Shown here one piece after another: positions 15,497 to 19,173 of a stretch of DNA of 19,173 bases. The translations under genes and the position numbers were made by a program. The stretch is from an uncultured archaeon. Its GTDB lineage: Archaea; Asgardarchaeota; Thorarchaeia; Thorarchaeales; Thorarchaeaceae. A model generated the notes under the pieces. That model ran no database searches. It had not been told where the DNA came from and saw nothing but the letters and a program-made list of their open reading frames with translations. Where the stretch lies: contig CAZSWP010000055.1 in NCBI GenBank assembly GCA_964610875.1, forward strand, positions 1 to 19,173, in the 5' to 3' direction. How positions within the stretch are numbered: the first letter of the stretch is position 1; each line of letters begins with the position of its first letter.

Positions 15497-16328
15497 TTAC
15501 TCTGCCATTATGTGGGCAGATACTGCGGAAAGACCCACCAAGGCGGGTCCGATCAGTAACCCAGCCCAGACAAATGGTGCAATTATTGCGATTACTAGGA
15601 GACGTATCTTTTTACCGCGGGAATTCTTCCAATCTACAGGATGAACAATCATTAGTACAAAGACGCTCAGAAGAACAGGAAGTGCCCCGAAGATGATTGT
15701 AGCTATAATTGTCCAATTAGAGGGAGCCTGAATCAAGGCGTAGAGCATCTGACCAAATATGGACACACTCGAACCGAGAAAGAGTAAGATTCCCGAGATA
15801 GCAAACAATTCTGGAAGTCTTTCTTTGCTGAATGAAGTCCTATCCTTTTGAAATAGAAAGATTAAGCCTAGAATCAGAGGGAGTACCATTGGTAGGAGAA
15901 TGAAAAGTAGATTCTGCCCAGTCCATTGTAGGATTGTCATCACCATGAATGGTACAGTAATCCATTCGGCCAGACTATATTCTTCCACATATCCAGTCAC
16001 GAAAGCATAATTTCCACCCATAGATGCATCATAGACTGCACCCATGAGAATCACCGAAGGTCCGAAACCTGAATCACCGTCAGCAATTGGAATGCTCAAC
16101 ATAAGCCGAATTCTATCACCCGCTTCTGCTTCAAAACTATAATAGTGCGGTTCATTGGAATTTAGCTGCGAATAATAAAACCATGATTTCCAAGGAGTTT
16201 CGACAAATGAAGCAGTGTCCAAGGATGTACCGTCATTCGGAACAATGGGAATGTGAGCTTGGAACTCCAATAACCATTAACCCTGTGAGTATCATAAAAA
16301 CACAGAGCCACTTGCCATGACGAACCAT
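15497..16328 (-). pseudogene. Frameshifted secreted/membrane protein (signal peptide, extracellular domain, multi-TM C-terminus)
   Basis: A signal-peptide-like MVRHGKWLCVFMILTGLMVIGVP starts at ATG 16328 in a different frame from the body (QAHIP..., ORF 15497-16270). The 58-bp offset implies a frameshift near 16260. Confidence 0.6.
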
Positions 16329-16473
16329 ATGTGCTCGAATAACAAACCAGCTATTTAGTCTGTTCCTTTTCCTTCACAAACGGCTATTTCTTGAAGCATT
16401 CTTATTAGAATTTGATACCCAAAGAAGGAAGATTTTAAGCCTGATATGAGTTCTGTCATGTGAGAGATTTGCC

Positions 16474-17253
16474 ATGACGACCATCACTGTTCATAGCTTC
16501 AAAGGTGGAACCGGAAAATCGTTGATCTCGGTAGTCCTTGCCTACTTTTTCAGCAACGAGGGTAGCAAGACTCTACTAATTGATGGTGACTACTCAGCAC
16601 CGTGTTTGGATGCGTTCTTCCCCACAAAGAAAATGCCCTTCACATCATTTCTACAAGGTGAGTGCAAGCTCAAACAATCAATTGCTGATACAGGTATGCG
16701 TAATCTCTCAGTGAGTCATGCACCAGCCCCATCCTTCAGAGAGGAATTACTACGAGCTGATGTCAAGACCCATGGAATGTATCTGAAGCGAATTCTTGAG
16801 GGAATAGAAGAAGCAAAGAAGAATCTTGGATTTGATGTCATCATCTTTGACAATTCGAGTGGCATTACACTACCTTCTATCAATCAACTTACTTGCAGTA
16901 ACCGTTCGGTCATTGTATTGCGACCCGTCCATTATGGAATACAATCAACCTACGAACAGATTGACACGATTTACAAGAAGCTCAGATATGCGGATGGAGA
17001 ATCAGCTAGGAAAGACTACCTTGTATGGAATCAGGTACCCGTATTAGATGATGATTCGATGGATGAACGAGTAGTTGGCTACTTGAATGAGTGGATTAAG
17101 AAATTCGAGGATGCGGGAATTCATCATGGAGCTACTATTCCGTACATATCTGAAGTAGTCACATCGATGATTGGTCTTCAAAATCTGGACGTGGAGCATC
17201 TAGCAGAACAACTGAAAGACTATGTACTCCCACTAAAGGAAAAGATAGTATAA
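16474..17253 (+). CDS. MinD/ParA family ATPase
   Basis: Deviant Walker A HSFKGGTGKS, LLIDGD, DVIIFDNSSG, LVWNQVP. Confidence 0.9.
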   Translation: MTTITVHSFKGGTGKSLISVVLAYFFSNEGSKTLLIDGDYSAPCLDAFFPTKKMPFTSFLQGECKLKQSIADTGMRNLSVSHAPAPSFREELLRADVKTHGMYLKRILEGIEEAKKNLGFDVIIFDNSSGITLPSINQLTCSNRSVIVLRPVHYGIQSTYEQIDTIYKKLRYADGESARKDYLVWNQVPVLDDDSMDERVVGYLNEWIKKFEDAGIHHGATIPYISEVVTSMIGLQNLDVEHLAEQLKDYVLPLKEKIV

Positions 17254-17331
17254 CATTGTGCAGGGCGGTAACTTTATGAAATTATGCATGAAGTTTTATA
17301 TTAGGGCAATTCACTAAACGAGAGAACACTA

Positions 17332-17997
17332 TTGACGAAAGACAGTGGAGCAGAAGACATCAAAGATATCCTTCTCAGTGTAGATAAGCGACTCAAGAAC
17401 ATCGAGAAGCTTCTAGGTGACTTACAGAAGAGAATTTCAAACTTAGAAGAGAGAGAGAAATCTCAGCAGACTTCACAGGAAACCCCATTGTTATATTCAA
17501 GAGTACTTATGGGCACACTCAATGCAATTCGAGAGTTTGAGAGAGAACATCATCACGGTGTTGTAGCAAAGCAACTTGCTAGAATTCGAAACCTCGAACC
17601 TCCAACAATCTACGACCATCTCTCACAGCTTGAAGAAGAAGACTTGATTTTGTGGCAACGGGGTACAGAGATTGGAATGCAACCATTCAATGCAAAATTC
17701 TACTCAGTGAGAGAACGAGACGAGTTATTGTCAGACCTCCCTGTCTTAATGTCCCTGCCAAATAAAGTCGTTCCAGTGGCTCAGAAGATTCTCAAGGCAG
17801 GTAATGGAGGCGTGACTAGAAATGCACTCATTTCTCTTGGAGAGTCATTGGTAGAACAGAAGGACGAGAATTGGGCAGATATCCGGAAAGCAGAAGTTTC
17901 AGAAAAGGTCGATGAATCAATAAATTATCTCCTTCAAAGGATTCTCATCCGGAGAGAGAGAAGTGAAGACCAAGACCTCTATTTTGCTTTTAACTAG
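17332..17997 (+). CDS. Coiled-coil plus winged-helix DNA-binding protein
   Basis: N-terminal heptads (VDKRLKNIEKLLGDLQKRISNLEE), wHTH AKQLARIRNLEPPTIYDHLSQLEEEDLI and a second wHTH-like C-terminus. TTG start, with TATA-like TTTTATAT upstream. Confidence 0.7.
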   Translation: MTKDSGAEDIKDILLSVDKRLKNIEKLLGDLQKRISNLEEREKSQQTSQETPLLYSRVLMGTLNAIREFEREHHHGVVAKQLARIRNLEPPTIYDHLSQLEEEDLILWQRGTEIGMQPFNAKFYSVRERDELLSDLPVLMSLPNKVVPVAQKILKAGNGGVTRNALISLGESLVEQKDENWADIRKAEVSEKVDESINYLLQRILIRRERSEDQDLYFAFN

Positions 17998-18266
17998 AAT
18001 CATTCTTAATCATCATTACGTATCATTTGCGAGATTTAGAGAATGAGCTAACACCTGACGGGGACCCCTCCCCTCGGCTACATTTTATTATTTTATGCCT
18101 AATGATATAAATTATTGCATTGTCAATTCAGGTCACTCCAGATGCCCCACTTAGAAGATTATGGTGTTGGAGAGGGTAAATCTATGGAAGAATAACTATA
18201 AGATGCATTGCTTGCCTGTGGTTTACAAAACCCTTCGCGTGTTTGTTAGGAGCCGTAATATCACCT

Positions 18267-19173
18267 ATGATGCAAACTGTGTTGTTCAATCTGAATAGTC
18301 ATACTCTATTCACATTGGTGTACGCGGCCCCGAATGCTGTTCTCATGTTTCTAATAGCAATGAAAGTATACCATAGAGACCCAGTATCTATCATCAACCT
18401 CCTATTTTCATGGGGAGCCACTCTAGCAGGTGTTGCACTCGTAATGTACCCATTAGGTGGCATATTCTGGTACATCTCCATCTTCGGTATTCAAGTGATC
18501 ACAATCACTTCACGTCTTGTCTTGTTCTTCACATTTGCCAGTCAGGTACTAATCTGCTGGTGCGCACTCATACTGTATGAAGGAGAAGGGCTTTGGAATC
18601 GACGACGAAATTTGTTGTTCCTAGTTCTATCGATGGTTGTGATTTCGCTTGTGTTGTTGACTCCAGATGCAACTTATGTCATCCAGGGACCACCAAGCAG
18701 TGAAACAATAGACACTGGAGAGAACATGTTTGTCACAAGTATATTCTACCCAGGAACTGCAATGTTGCTCTTCGTTTCAATGATAGTCTTCTCAAAGACA
18801 TACACCGAATTCAAAGATGATGACCCTATTATAGCAAAGCAGTCACTCTATCTTGCCATCGGAGTAGGCCTCAATTCGTTAGCAGTCATCATCTGTTTCA
18901 TGACACTACTTCTATTGGCATACTTTTTGACAAGTCTATGGTTCCTCTTTTCAACACTAGGTATAATACTCATGTCACTTGGATTCTCACAAGACGCAAG
19001 TATTCTGAAATTAAAGATCATTAGTCAGCTCAGAAGGATGACAGTTCTATTATCCAAAGGTAGAATCAAGCTAGCGAATGCACAATTGGATTTCCTCTCA
19101 CAACTTGTGGAACGGGAAGAATCTACAGTGGCAACAATAAGAATGCGAATTCTTGAAGGCATCATTCGTATCT
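18267..19173 (+). CDS. Seven-transmembrane protein with cytoplasmic helical C-terminal domain (3'-truncated; not in ORF track)
   Basis: Hand translation is open from ATG 18267 to the window end: MMQTVLFNLNSHTLFTLVYAAPNAVLMFLIAMKVYHRDPVSIINLLFSWG... with about 7 hydrophobic segments, then ...GFSQDASILKLKIISQLRRMTVLLSKGRIKLANAQLDF. Confidence 0.8.
   Translation, partial: MMQTVLFNLNSHTLFTLVYAAPNAVLMFLIAMKVYHRDPVSIINLLFSWGATLAGVALVMYPLGGIFWYISIFGIQVITITSRLVLFFTFASQVLICWCALILYEGEGLWNRRRNLLFLVLSMVVISLVLLTPDATYVIQGPPSSETIDTGENMFVTSIFYPGTAMLLFVSMIVFSKTYTEFKDDDPIIAKQSLYLAIGVGLNSLAVIICFMTLLLLAYFLTSLWFLFSTLGIILMSLGFSQDASILKLKIISQLRRMTVLLSKGRIKLANAQLDFLSQLVEREESTVATIRMRILEGIIRI

Noticed and set aside
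18045-18080. GC-rich patch GACGGGGACCCCTCCCCTCGGC as tRNA, ncRNA or terminator
   Set aside because: Too short, no cloverleaf or T-loop motif, and only a 4-bp stem.
521-18481. Numerous short antisense or overlapping ORFs in the track (e.g. 521-715, 2581-2820, 2932-3418, 5069-6373, 7643-8649, 10006-10269, 11006-12296, 14260-15015, 15278-15559, 18299-18481)
   Set aside because: Shadow frames of well-supported genes, with no motifs or ribosome-binding sites noted.
1-19173. CRISPR array, rRNA/tRNA, transposase or integrase
   Set aside because: No regularly spaced repeats, RNA gene signatures or recombinase motifs found by eye.

Overview
The window has two parts and looks archaeal. That call is inferred from GGTGA/GAGGTGA ribosome-binding sites, TATA-like promoters, and geranylgeranyl reductase, Mth938 and MTH1187 genes; the 7TM and MinD/HTH genes suggest an Asgard-like lineage. 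Bases 1-~9450 are a visibly AT-richer DNA modification/defence island. It holds the 3' end of a Dam-family methylase, an HTH-MTase-degenerate-MTase fusion with a perfect palindrome over its promoter, an orphan putative endonuclease, a stand-alone winged-helix protein and a B12-binding-like radical SAM enzyme. It also holds a tight four-gene operon (PLD nuclease-SF2 helicase, 76-aa protein, DndD/Rad50-like CxC ABC ATPase, Dnd-associated small protein) with no DndA/DndC sulfur genes in view. Three island proteins end in PCNA-interacting (PIP-box)-like tails and a fourth has a weaker internal one. Bases ~9600-19173 are ordinary chromosome: TetR, geranylgeranyl reductase, Mth938, MTH1187, M28 peptidase, MinD/ParA, a wHTH protein and a 7TM protein running off the edge, interspersed with several decayed pseudogenes. 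No rRNA, tRNA, CRISPR array or transposase was seen.
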